A model generated the notes under the pieces. That model saw only the letters and a list, made by a program, of their open reading frames with translations, made no database searches and was not told where the DNA came from. A program made the translations under genes and the position numbers. From NCBI GenBank assembly GCA_017464685.1, contig JAFTYO010000003.1:8137-72136 (forward strand): a stretch of DNA of 64,000 bases. The letters are read 5' to 3'. The stretch comes from Alphaproteobacteria bacterium. GTDB taxonomy: Bacteria > Pseudomonadota > Alphaproteobacteria > RF32 > CAG-239. Shown one piece after another: positions 24,606-33,188 of this stretch. Numbering within the stretch: the stretch's first letter is position 1; each line of letters begins with the position of its first letter.

Positions 24606-25985
24606 TTATGCTTTTTTCCAAGTAGTACCGGTTGGAGTATCTTCTAAGATGATATTTTGTTCTTTTAACTCATTTCTGATTTTATCCGCTGTTGCCCAAT
24701 CTTTGTTCTTTTTGGCTTCCAAACGAGCTTCAATCAGTTTTTCAATTTGTAAATCATCAGTGTCGGAAGTGTTTCCTTTAAACCACATTGAGGGTTCTTG
24801 ATACAACAAACCTAACAGTTCGGCACTGGCCAGCAACTCATTTTTTAAGGCCGATTTTTCTTGAGTGTTTTTTGCTTTATTAAGATTACCTACAATTTCA
24901 TGCAACACTGATATTGCAAGCGGTGTGTTCAAATCATCTTGCAAAGCATTGACGATTTTTTCATTAGCATCAACTTTTTTAACTTCAATGTCGGCATTTT
25001 TAAGCAGTGCATTATAAAACTTATCAAGTGTTGCTTTAGCTTGTTCAAGACCAGTAAATGTAAAATTAAACGGTTGATGATAGTGTGTGGTTAAAAACAA
25101 CAAACGCAATGCTTCGGCCGGATATTTTGAAATTATCTCATCAACATTATGAAAATTGCCTAACGATTTTGACATCTTAACACCATCAACCATCAGCATT
25201 CCGGCATGTACCCAGTAATGTGCATAGGACGAACCTTTGAATGCACATGTAGATTGTGCACATTCATTTTCATGGTGCGGAAAGATTAAATCAGAACCGC
25301 CACCATGAATATCAAAATCATTGCCCAAAAGTTTTGAGCTCATGGCCGAACATTCAAGATGCCACCCCGGTCTACCAAATCCCCAAGGACTATCCCAACC
25401 TAGTTGATTTTCATCTGATGGTTTCCACAAAATGAAATCTGCCGGATTTTTCTTATAATCTGCTACCTCAATGCGAGCACCGGCCAACATCTCTTTTAAT
25501 GAGCGCCCCGAAAGATAGCCGTAATTTTTCATTGAATCGACATCAAACAATACATGACCATGTGATTCATAAGCATGACCGTTTTCAAGCAATAGTTTTA
25601 CAATTTCTATCATCTCGGAAATATATTCGGTAGCTCTCGGACGATGATTAGGGGATAGGACATTTAGTTTTGCCATATCTTCAATGTACCACTTATATGT
25701 TTCTTCGGTAATTTCTCGTATGGATTTTCCTGTTTGTTGATGTTTGTTTAAAATTTTATCATCAACGTCTGTGATATTTGAAGCATAAGTTACATGTTCT
25801 TTACCATAGGCATTACACAACATACGATACATAACGTCAAAAACAACTGATGTTTTGGCGTTTCCTAAGTGAGCTCTGTCATAAACAGTGGGGCCGCATA
25901 CATACAAACGCACATTTTTTTCATCAATCGGGATAAATTTTTCTTTACGTTGTTTTAAGGTGTTATGTAAAAATATGTCAGTCAT
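24606..25985 (-). CDS. cysS: cysteine--tRNA ligase
   Basis: HLGN (HIGH-type) and KMSKS motifs, Zn-binding Cys residues, 459 aa. Confidence 0.9.
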   Translation of the reverse strand: MTDIFLHNTLKQRKEKFIPIDEKNVRLYVCGPTVYDRAHLGNAKTSVVFDVMYRMLCNAYGKEHVTYASNITDVDDKILNKHQQTGKSIREITEETYKWYIEDMAKLNVLSPNHRPRATEYISEMIEIVKLLLENGHAYESHGHVLFDVDSMKNYGYLSGRSLKEMLAGARIEVADYKKNPADFILWKPSDENQLGWDSPWGFGRPGWHLECSAMSSKLLGNDFDIHGGGSDLIFPHHENECAQSTCAFKGSSYAHYWVHAGMLMVDGVKMSKSLGNFHNVDEIISKYPAEALRLLFLTTHYHQPFNFTFTGLEQAKATLDKFYNALLKNADIEVKKVDANEKIVNALQDDLNTPLAISVLHEIVGNLNKAKNTQEKSALKNELLASAELLGLLYQEPSMWFKGNTSDTDDLQIEKLIEARLEAKKNKDWATADKIRNELKEQNIILEDTPTGTTWKKA

Positions 25986-25996
25986 AATATGTCCTT

Positions 25997-27319
25997 TTAT
26001 GCCTTTATTCCATTTAAGCGTTTAAATGCTTTTTCATATCCGATAAGCAGTAACAAAACTTTAAGTTCGGGGCCGTTTTCTTGTCCGGTTAAAGCCATAC
26101 GAATCGGGTGAAAAAGCTCTTTTCCTTTTTTGCCGGTTGCGGTTTTAACTTCATTTATCCAAACCGAAAATGTATCACAATTCCAATTGTCTTGCGGTAA
26201 CAATTTTGCCGCTTGAGAAGTAAAGTTTGTATCTTCGACAACAGGCTCAATTTGGTCATTGCAAATATTGTTCCAAACTTTGTAATCTTCCACTTTTTCC
26301 AAATTTGCCTTAATTTTTTCCCAAAAATCTTCATCAACGAACACTCTGTCTTTTACGGTTTCATAGGGCAAAGTATGAATATATTTTAAGTTGAAATGTT
26401 TTAATTCTTCTTCATCAAACTTTGGTTGCGAACGACCTATTTTGCTAAAGTCTAACGATTGAGCCAAATCTTCCAAACTATAAAACGGCTCAATGGCTTC
26501 AGATGTGCCGAGTTTGGCTAAAAATGAACAAATGGTCATGTTTTCGACACCGTTATCTTTAAGGTCTTTAACACCCAAACTTCCCAAACGCTTTGAAAGC
26601 TTGCCTTCTTTCCCGGTCAATAAAGGCAAATGAGCAAAAGTCGGAACTTTGCCGCCGATAGCTTCAAACATCTGAATTTGTGATGCAGTGTTAGTCACAT
26701 GGTCTTCACCACGAACAATGTGAGTAATACCAAAATCACAGTCGTCAATTACTGACGGTAAATGATATAAATATGATCCGTCTTCACGAATGATAATCGT
26801 GTCACTAAGATTTTGAGCTTCATATTTTACCCAGCCTCTAACCACATCATTCCAAGCAATTTCGCCTTGAATAAGCTTGAAACGATAGTGCGGTTTTCGG
26901 CCTTCGGCTTCAAATTTTGCAATATCTTCTTGTGTATAGTTTAAGGCCTGTCTGTCATAAATCGGGGGTAAGCCTTTCGCAAAAGCTCGCTTGCGTTTAA
27001 ACTCAAGCTCCTCGGCGGTTTCATAACAAGGATAAATGCGCCCCTGTTGGATAAGTTTTTGCGTTACTTCATTATAGTGTTCGAAACGAGCCGATTGGCG
27101 AGCTTCTTCTTCCCAAGTTAAACCGAGCCAAACAAGACTTTCACGCAAATAATCTTCATATTCTTTTTTTGAACGAACAGAATCGGTATCATCAATGCGG
27201 AGCATAAATTTTCCGCCCATTTTTTTTGCCCAAAGCCAGTTAAACAAGGCTGTTCTGATATTACCGATGTGCATATATCCGGTCGGACTTGGTGCAAATC
27301 TTACTTTAATGTTTGTCAT
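25997..27319 (-). CDS. gltX: glutamate--tRNA ligase
   Basis: RFAPSPTGYMHIGN and KLSKR motifs, 440 aa. Confidence 0.9.
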   Translation of the reverse strand: MTNIKVRFAPSPTGYMHIGNIRTALFNWLWAKKMGGKFMLRIDDTDSVRSKKEYEDYLRESLVWLGLTWEEEARQSARFEHYNEVTQKLIQQGRIYPCYETAEELEFKRKRAFAKGLPPIYDRQALNYTQEDIAKFEAEGRKPHYRFKLIQGEIAWNDVVRGWVKYEAQNLSDTIIIREDGSYLYHLPSVIDDCDFGITHIVRGEDHVTNTASQIQMFEAIGGKVPTFAHLPLLTGKEGKLSKRLGSLGVKDLKDNGVENMTICSFLAKLGTSEAIEPFYSLEDLAQSLDFSKIGRSQPKFDEEELKHFNLKYIHTLPYETVKDRVFVDEDFWEKIKANLEKVEDYKVWNNICNDQIEPVVEDTNFTSQAAKLLPQDNWNCDTFSVWINEVKTATGKKGKELFHPIRMALTGQENGPELKVLLLLIGYEKAFKRLNGIKA

Positions 27320-27399
27320 TTTCTACATTCTTCCTTTTTAAAAACTAGGAGCATAATATAGACTTTAACTTACAAATTCAACTTTAAAATGTGGATAAA

Positions 27400-28062
27400 T
27401 CAGTAATTATCAGCTTTTTCTTGTGCTGTTTTTTCCGCCGATACGACCAAATCGGCAAAATCTTCCAAAAACCAACTCATTTCTTCATCTAAATCGGTTA
27501 TCATAGTGTAAAAACGAGTTCGATAAGTGCTCAGTAAACTGCTTTGTTCAAAAATCAAATCAACAATTTTAATTTTTTGATTGTTTTGTGTGAGTTTAAA
27601 TTTGACGTTTATACTTTTTAAATTTTCACTTTCAAATTGTTCAGGTAATTGAACAGAGCAAGTAACATCGGTAAATTTCTGATTTTGTTTTACCGATAAT
27701 ATTTCAAAATCAAGTCCTTTTGTATCGAAGTTAATAGGATAATTTTTGTAGACACTTAAAGCGTAGCGAGAAAATAAATCAACATATTGTTTTTGTTGAA
27801 AACTATCCATAGCTTTCCAATATTTACCGATAACAAAACGAGCCATATATTGTGTATCAACATCTTCTTTGAACATTTTATCAAGAGTTTCATATTTACT
27901 TAAAATGTCAGAAGATGATAAAGCATCAATCAATTTATGACCGGTAGCATTTATCCAAGAAACGGCATCATTTTTATTTACAGAATCTGCATAAGCTAAA
28001 GAGACGGATAATAAAAAGCAAAAAATGCTGATAAATATTTTTAATAAAGACTTACTATTCAT
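27400..28062 (-). CDS. mlaC: MlaC/Ttg2D-like periplasmic phospholipid-binding protein
   Basis: Signal peptide, then MARFVIGKYWK...F..Y....Y, characteristic of the toluene-tolerance Ttg2D/MlaC family. The ATG at 28062 (MNSKSLL) is preferred. Confidence 0.6.
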   Translation of the reverse strand: MNSKSLLKIFISIFCFLLSVSLAYADSVNKNDAVSWINATGHKLIDALSSSDILSKYETLDKMFKEDVDTQYMARFVIGKYWKAMDSFQQKQYVDLFSRYALSVYKNYPINFDTKGLDFEILSVKQNQKFTDVTCSVQLPEQFESENLKSINVKFKLTQNNQKIKIVDLIFEQSSLLSTYRTRFYTMITDLDEEMSWFLEDFADLVVSAEKTAQEKADNY

Positions 28063-28110
28063 TAAGAATTCCTGACATATAATGAAACACACAAATTAAG
28101 TATAACAAAA

Positions 28111-29121
28111 ATGGTTAAAAAAATGAAGTTAAAATTTAGTTTTGCAATACTTTTAGCTTGTATGTTGCCTCTTAAGGTGCATTCAGCAACAGATGCAGAG
28201 GTTTTTCGTTGCGGTACAAATTTAAGTACTCGAACCTTTGCATATAGAGTTAATGGCCTGTGGAAAGGTTTTGATGCAGATATATGTCGTGCGTTTGCTT
28301 GGGCAGTTTATGGTGACGGAAATAATTTTAAATTAGTTGATGTCAAAGATTATGAAATTGAACAAGCTTTATATTCTGGAAAAATTGATATTATGCTTAG
28401 TAATAATTCTTCGCCAGCCACTATGGAAATTAAACAAAGAGCAAATTCTGTCGGAGTTTTATACTATGATAGGCAAATGTTTGCTGTCTCTGACGTGCCG
28501 GAAAAAGGTTCTTCCATATCTGATTATAAAGGCAAAAAAGTTTGTGTTTATGCAGGTTCGGATTATCTTGAAAATTTGAAAGATTATAATATTGATAATG
28601 GATTAGATTTTCACATTTTAGCATATAAAACGTTAAAAAATGCTCATAAAGGTTTTGAGCTTAATAAATGTGATGTATTTTCTATGCAAGGTTTAGTGTT
28701 ACAAAATATCGCTTTGAATAAAAAAGAAAAAAAGATGGTGATATTACCGGAAGAATTTGCCTATAAACCGGTATATGCCTATGTTAGTCCTAAAAATAAT
28801 GATATGAGAATTCTGGCAAAGTGGATATTAAATTCTTTATATGCTGCCGAAAAAATGGGATTAAGAAAAGATAATGCTAATGAATTTGATTATGATTTTG
28901 ATCAAAGCATTGAAAATATGAATTTGTTTGGAGACAACAATTTGTTGTGGAAATTTATGAAGGTTCGTCCGAATTGGCTTCGCTTAGCAGTTGGTGATGT
29001 CGGTAATATGGGCGAAATTTTTGAAAACAATTTAGGTGCAAAATCTGACTACAAACTTAAACGAGGTAGAGCGGCTCTCGTTAAGGATGGTGGAGAAACA
29101 AAAGTTGAACCTCTTAAATGA
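28111..29121 (+). CDS. periplasmic amino-acid ABC transporter substrate-binding protein (family 3 SBP-like)
   Basis: Signal peptide and FDADICRAFAWAV, typical of general L-amino-acid binding proteins. No adjacent permease or ATPase. Confidence 0.55.
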   Translation: MVKKMKLKFSFAILLACMLPLKVHSATDAEVFRCGTNLSTRTFAYRVNGLWKGFDADICRAFAWAVYGDGNNFKLVDVKDYEIEQALYSGKIDIMLSNNSSPATMEIKQRANSVGVLYYDRQMFAVSDVPEKGSSISDYKGKKVCVYAGSDYLENLKDYNIDNGLDFHILAYKTLKNAHKGFELNKCDVFSMQGLVLQNIALNKKEKKMVILPEEFAYKPVYAYVSPKNNDMRILAKWILNSLYAAEKMGLRKDNANEFDYDFDQSIENMNLFGDNNLLWKFMKVRPNWLRLAVGDVGNMGEIFENNLGAKSDYKLKRGRAALVKDGGETKVEPLK

Positions 29122-29193
29122 TTTTCAAACAATTTATAAGGGAAGGTAAAAACCTTCCCTTAATGTTTTCTAAAAATTTTTCAAATATAAAAG

Positions 29194-29331
29194 CACCTCA
29201 AATTTGATTTAAATTCTTTAAACGACTCTTTTTACTTGCAAAAAAAAAAACGGTTTAAGATGCGACCTGAGAGGCTAATTTTTAGCTTTTCAAATGTACT
29301 TAAACTTAATTTTTATAGAAAGGATTAAATT
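29194..29331 (+). promoter_or_regulatory. family promoter/5'UTR cassette, copy 4 (A11 tract 29240-29250)
   Basis: CACCTCAAATTTGATTTAAAT..GACTCTTTTTACTTGC-A11-CGGTTTAAGATGCGACCTGAGAGGCTAATTTTTAGCTTTTCA..AGGA..ATG. Confidence 0.6.
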
Positions 29332-29799
29332 ATGAGAAAATATTTTCTTCTTGGTGCTGTGGCAATGCTTGCCGCAAGCAATGCAAGTGCTGAGAATACA
29401 ACATATACATTAGAGGCGCAAGCCAAAGTTGCTTTATCATCTAAAGTAAATTGCACAACTTGGGATTGGGGTACAATTTATCTTAACGACCTTGAGATTG
29501 ACAATATTGAATTACAAGCATATGGTGCAGAAATCACTCCAAGCGGTACTGATGTTGATAAGTTTTCGGATATTATAGGATATAAATCAGCCGTTTGTGA
29601 AGGGATTTCATATGAGGGAAGTGTTTATTTACCCGATTTTTTCGTAATTAATGATGGTGGTATAGGAATGAGAATAGAAAACATTACAATAGATGAGGAA
29701 TATGTATTAAGCGGAACACTTGTTTTAGACAGTGGTGGTGTACCTTATGATACATCCAGAACTTACACAGGTTCAGTTACTTTTACTGTTATAAATTAA
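29332..29799 (+). CDS. family copy 4: small secreted two-Cys beta-rich protein
   Basis: MRKYFLLGAVAMLAASNASA signal peptide, C..WDWGTIY motif, a second Cys, and C-terminal RTYTGSVTFTVIN. Confidence 0.8.
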   Translation: MRKYFLLGAVAMLAASNASAENTTYTLEAQAKVALSSKVNCTTWDWGTIYLNDLEIDNIELQAYGAEITPSGTDVDKFSDIIGYKSAVCEGISYEGSVYLPDFFVINDGGIGMRIENITIDEEYVLSGTLVLDSGGVPYDTSRTYTGSVTFTVIN

Positions 29800-29803
29800 C
29801 ATT

Positions 29804-29837
29804 AAACCCCGAGAAATATATTTATTTCTCGGGGTTT
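29804..29837. terminator. bidirectional terminator hairpin between family copy 4 and rnj
   Basis: AAACCCCGAGAAATA...TATTTCTCGGGGTTT, a 15-bp inverted repeat. Confidence 0.65.
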
Positions 29838-29841
29838 AATT

Positions 29842-31635
29842 TTACCTTCTTTTGCCTTTTTTTGCTTTTATGATATCTGCCATATCTGTTGATTTTCTTT
29901 TAGATTTTTTGGCTTTCATCTTTTCTCGTTTAGGCATATCTTCGGCCTTTTCCAAAAATTTATGCGAGTTAGAATAGTTTTCATCACGAGGGGAGAATCT
30001 TCTCACATTGGCAACTTCACAAATTTTGCGAATCGACTCATAATCTTCAGTTACTTCCCAAAACTCTCTTAAACCTTCCAATGGAACATCTCTGTCCGAA
30101 AACGGGTTCGGGCTGATTGAACGAACGGCATACCAAGTAAGAGGAGTTACCTTTGGCTCAATATTTGAAATTTTACCCTCTGTAATATGCACACCTTCTT
30201 TATTTTCAACCAAGTGTGATTTTACACCAATCTCGTGCATGGCTTTGGCTGTATCTGCACACTGGTTTGGGTTTCCGTGAATTGGAATTACTACAACATC
30301 TTTTATATTGTTTTTTACATCTTTCATTAAAGTTTTAATGGCAGTTGCGTTGACATGCCCCGAATCCTGCATTTGTACTTCTTCAAAATTGCCTACTTTT
30401 TGTGCTGACGGACTCATAACAACGGTTGCTCCTTGAGCGGCTAACATCTGCAACATCTTAGGTCCGGTTTTACCGTTGATTTCATCGATTATGCGTTGAC
30501 GAGCAAGCACCAAAACTTTTTGGTCAACTCTGATCACAGGATGTAAATCAAGTGCCATCTTGGTAGCTGAAGACATCGGAATCGGCGAAATTTCATCAAC
30601 ACCTACATTATATTCATAATTTTCCAGACCTTGCGCAAAAGCCCCTGTGCAAACAACATATTTTTTCTTGATTTTATCATCAGCCAAATATGCCTTTAAA
30701 TTACCTTTATATAAGACATCTTCAAAGTCATTAAATCCGCTTAAAAACATTGCATCTTTAACAAGTGTCAACCATTTGCCGTCTAAACAAACTTTGGTAC
30801 CAAGTTTTCTTGCTACTTCCATATCTATGGCAATATTTTGCACACTTCTTGAAATTACCGGTGAAATAATAACCGATTTTTGGTTGTTTTTCACTACGGC
30901 ATTATAAGTATTTTCAACTGCTTGTTCAAAACCGATACGCTCTTTGCCAAAGGGTGAGGTTGAAGTAGAATCCAAGCACATCAAGACAGGAGATTTTGCT
31001 GATTTTAGAGTGTTTATGTAGCTGTCTTTATTAAAAGATTTTCCGACCGGCATTTCTTCTTCGGTTAAAAAGTCACCATTGTTCATAATGGCAGCACAAG
31101 GTTTGCCCTCATCATAAGTTTTGGTAAAAAAGCCGAGCGAATCGATAATACTATGACTTACATCTACAGCTTTAACTTCCATATTGTCGCTGATTTTGAT
31201 GGTCTCACCACCTTTAATTCTTTCAATGTCGGGCTCAGAAACACCTTCTTCTCTAAAGGCAAGGCGAATAAAATTGCGTGAAAAACCGCTGGTTTTAATC
31301 GGGGGTAACTTATAACCCATTTTGGCATAATTAATAAGTGCGCCGATATGGTCTTCGTGTGCATGGGTAATAAACAAAGCTTTTACGGGCTTTAAGGCTT
31401 TGGTTTCAACTTTTGTGTCAGGGTCAATGCGGTCAAAATATTCATCAACATTGGGGAATGCTGCTACAAAACCCGTTTCATAAGGTGTGAAAATTGAGCC
31501 CAAATCAAACATAACAACATCAGTGTTGCCTTGTTTGTCTGTATGTTCAATTACTGAGCAGTTACCACCGATACGGTCTTTGTTGATACCACCGATAAAT
31601 TTTAAAGTTGTCTGTGCTTTGTTTGTTTTTGCCAT
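29842..31635 (-). CDS. rnj: ribonuclease J with a Lys/Arg-rich C-terminal tail
   Basis: Metallo-beta-lactamase HAHEDHIG motif and a beta-CASP layout. GGGGA lies 7 nt before the ATG at 31635 (MAKTNKAQ). Confidence 0.8.
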   Translation of the reverse strand: MAKTNKAQTTLKFIGGINKDRIGGNCSVIEHTDKQGNTDVVMFDLGSIFTPYETGFVAAFPNVDEYFDRIDPDTKVETKALKPVKALFITHAHEDHIGALINYAKMGYKLPPIKTSGFSRNFIRLAFREEGVSEPDIERIKGGETIKISDNMEVKAVDVSHSIIDSLGFFTKTYDEGKPCAAIMNNGDFLTEEEMPVGKSFNKDSYINTLKSAKSPVLMCLDSTSTSPFGKERIGFEQAVENTYNAVVKNNQKSVIISPVISRSVQNIAIDMEVARKLGTKVCLDGKWLTLVKDAMFLSGFNDFEDVLYKGNLKAYLADDKIKKKYVVCTGAFAQGLENYEYNVGVDEISPIPMSSATKMALDLHPVIRVDQKVLVLARQRIIDEINGKTGPKMLQMLAAQGATVVMSPSAQKVGNFEEVQMQDSGHVNATAIKTLMKDVKNNIKDVVVIPIHGNPNQCADTAKAMHEIGVKSHLVENKEGVHITEGKISNIEPKVTPLTWYAVRSISPNPFSDRDVPLEGLREFWEVTEDYESIRKICEVANVRRFSPRDENYSNSHKFLEKAEDMPKREKMKAKKSKRKSTDMADIIKAKKGKRR

Positions 31636-31766
31636 TTCATATCCCCGATTTTGATATAAACTCTGGTGAATATAATACACTTTTTTTGACAAAATACAAC
31701 TATTTTTTTACAGATATCTTGAATTTTTTTATTTAAAGAATATCTGCATTTCAAAGGAGAAAAACA

Positions 31767-32240
31767 ATGAATAAAGTCTTAAAATTTACATACAGTTTTG
31801 CAACAGTCGGGGTTACAGCTTTTGTTGCTGCCATATTTTCGTCACGTGCAATGCAGACATTTTATCCAAGCTTGAATATGCCGTTGTTTTCTCCACCTGA
31901 TTATGTGTTTGCACCGGTTTGGTCAATTTTATATACCTTAATGATTATTTCATATTATATGGTCTTAAATTCAGCCGATACAATGAGAGTTCAAAGTGCA
32001 AATTTATTGTTTTTAGGGCAATTGTTTTTACAAATGCTTTGGTCTTATCTGTTTTTCGGTATGGGATTTTACGGTTCGGCAATGGTAGTGATTTCCTTAA
32101 TGATATGGACGGTTTATAAGATGATTGAACGCTTTAAGACCATCAATGAAACTGCCGGAAATTTGCAATATCCGTATCTGTTGTGGCTTATTTATGCCGC
32201 ATATTTAAACTTGGGAATTGCTTATTTGAATGTAAATTAA
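31767..32240 (+). CDS. tspO: TspO/MBR tryptophan-rich sensory protein
   Basis: Five TM segments with FSPPDYVFAPVWSILY and YPYLLW motifs. Confidence 0.8.
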   Translation: MNKVLKFTYSFATVGVTAFVAAIFSSRAMQTFYPSLNMPLFSPPDYVFAPVWSILYTLMIISYYMVLNSADTMRVQSANLLFLGQLFLQMLWSYLFFGMGFYGSAMVVISLMIWTVYKMIERFKTINETAGNLQYPYLLWLIYAAYLNLGIAYLNVN

Positions 32241-32300
32241 GGGTGAAATAATATTTGAAAACGGTTGTTGTCATTTTCATTACAAACCTTGGAAACAACA

Positions 32301-32843
32301 TCAATCGGTATTGGTAAAGAATTTTCTCTTGTTAGTGTTATGTTGTTTTTTTTTTGCATATTCCTTAGAATATACTGAAGTAGGAGTACCATAACCAAAC
32401 CTAATTTCACTTACTCCTGATGTTGCAGTTATCCAATCCACAGTAGCAAGGGCTGTGCAAATATTTTGAGGTATACCATAATATTCTATATACATATATG
32501 TAGAGGAAAAAGAAATATCCATCTTACCTCCAAACGGACTTATAAGGTTGTTTGTTTCTCCATCCCACATATATTCGGGTACGAGATTTAAATTTTTTAG
32601 TAAAGAACAACCGGTTTTAACTGATCCGGAAAAGCAAGGATATTCATTGCACTTATTAGCTCCATCTAAGCATAAAGTTCTAATGCCTTGAGATATGGTA
32701 GTGATATCTTGAATGGTTTTATTTATCTTATGCTTAAACATCGCCTTAGAATAACCGGCAATACCACCGACAGAGAGTACACCGATAATGGCTAATACAC
32801 CAAGCATTTCAACCATACTTCTACCCGATTGTAAATTCTTCAT
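32301..32843 (-). CDS. type IV pilin / pseudopilin-like protein 1 (prepilin-type N-terminus)
   Basis: MKNLQSGRSMVEMLGVLAIIGVLSVGGIAGYSKAM has Gly then Glu at +5 and a hydrophobic helix. The C-terminal domain is Cys-containing and variable. AGGAG lies before the ATG at 32843. Confidence 0.7.
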   Translation of the reverse strand: MKNLQSGRSMVEMLGVLAIIGVLSVGGIAGYSKAMFKHKINKTIQDITTISQGIRTLCLDGANKCNEYPCFSGSVKTGCSLLKNLNLVPEYMWDGETNNLISPFGGKMDISFSSTYMYIEYYGIPQNICTALATVDWITATSGVSEIRFGYGTPTSVYSKEYAKKKQHNTNKRKFFTNTD

Positions 32844-32867
32844 ATATATCTCCTTTAAAATAATCAC

Positions 32868-33060
32868 AAAAAAACCCACTTTAAAAAGCGGGCGGATGTT
32901 CGAAAACCGTATAACTTCAAACGGCTCGGTTTATTTGACATTGAGCCTTATTCAACCGACATCCGCCTAACGACAGAGGTCGGCATATTATTTATGGTCG
33001 CTTATGCGTTGCGACTGAAGTTATAAAGGGTTTCGATGCCCTAAATGCGAAAACTTCGCA
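32868..33060. ncRNA. highly structured intergenic element (candidate 5' leader of the pilin-like gene or an independent RNA)
   Basis: Perfect 9-bp helix 32891-32899/32959-32967. Long-range helix 32901-32919/33016-33035, which cannot nest with the first. Hairpins GGCTC..GAGCC, GTCGC..GCGAC and ATGCGAA-AAC-TTCGCAT. On the minus strand, CCCGC-loop-GUGGG plus U7 sits just before the SD. Confidence 0.35.
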
Positions 33061-33188
33061 TCTGTATTGATGTTAAAATAAAACTTAGATAATGTAAAGG
33101 TGTTTTTGAAAATTTTGCTAGACTTTAACGAAAGATTGCTTTATCTTGAAACGGCTTAAAAGATAATGATAATTTTTGGGAAGAAAAA

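Noticed and set aside
32868-33060. The structured intergenic regions (here and at 11838-11976, 37515-37650 and 57393-57505) as tmRNA, RNase P RNA, SRP RNA or 6S RNA
   Set aside because: I looked for the hallmark motifs. These were an RNase P GGAAAGTCCGG-type core, an SRP GGAA/AGCA tetraloop helix, a tmRNA T-arm with an AN(D/E)-type tag ending in AA, and CCA ends. None was present, and the multi-copy nature also argues against these single-copy RNAs.
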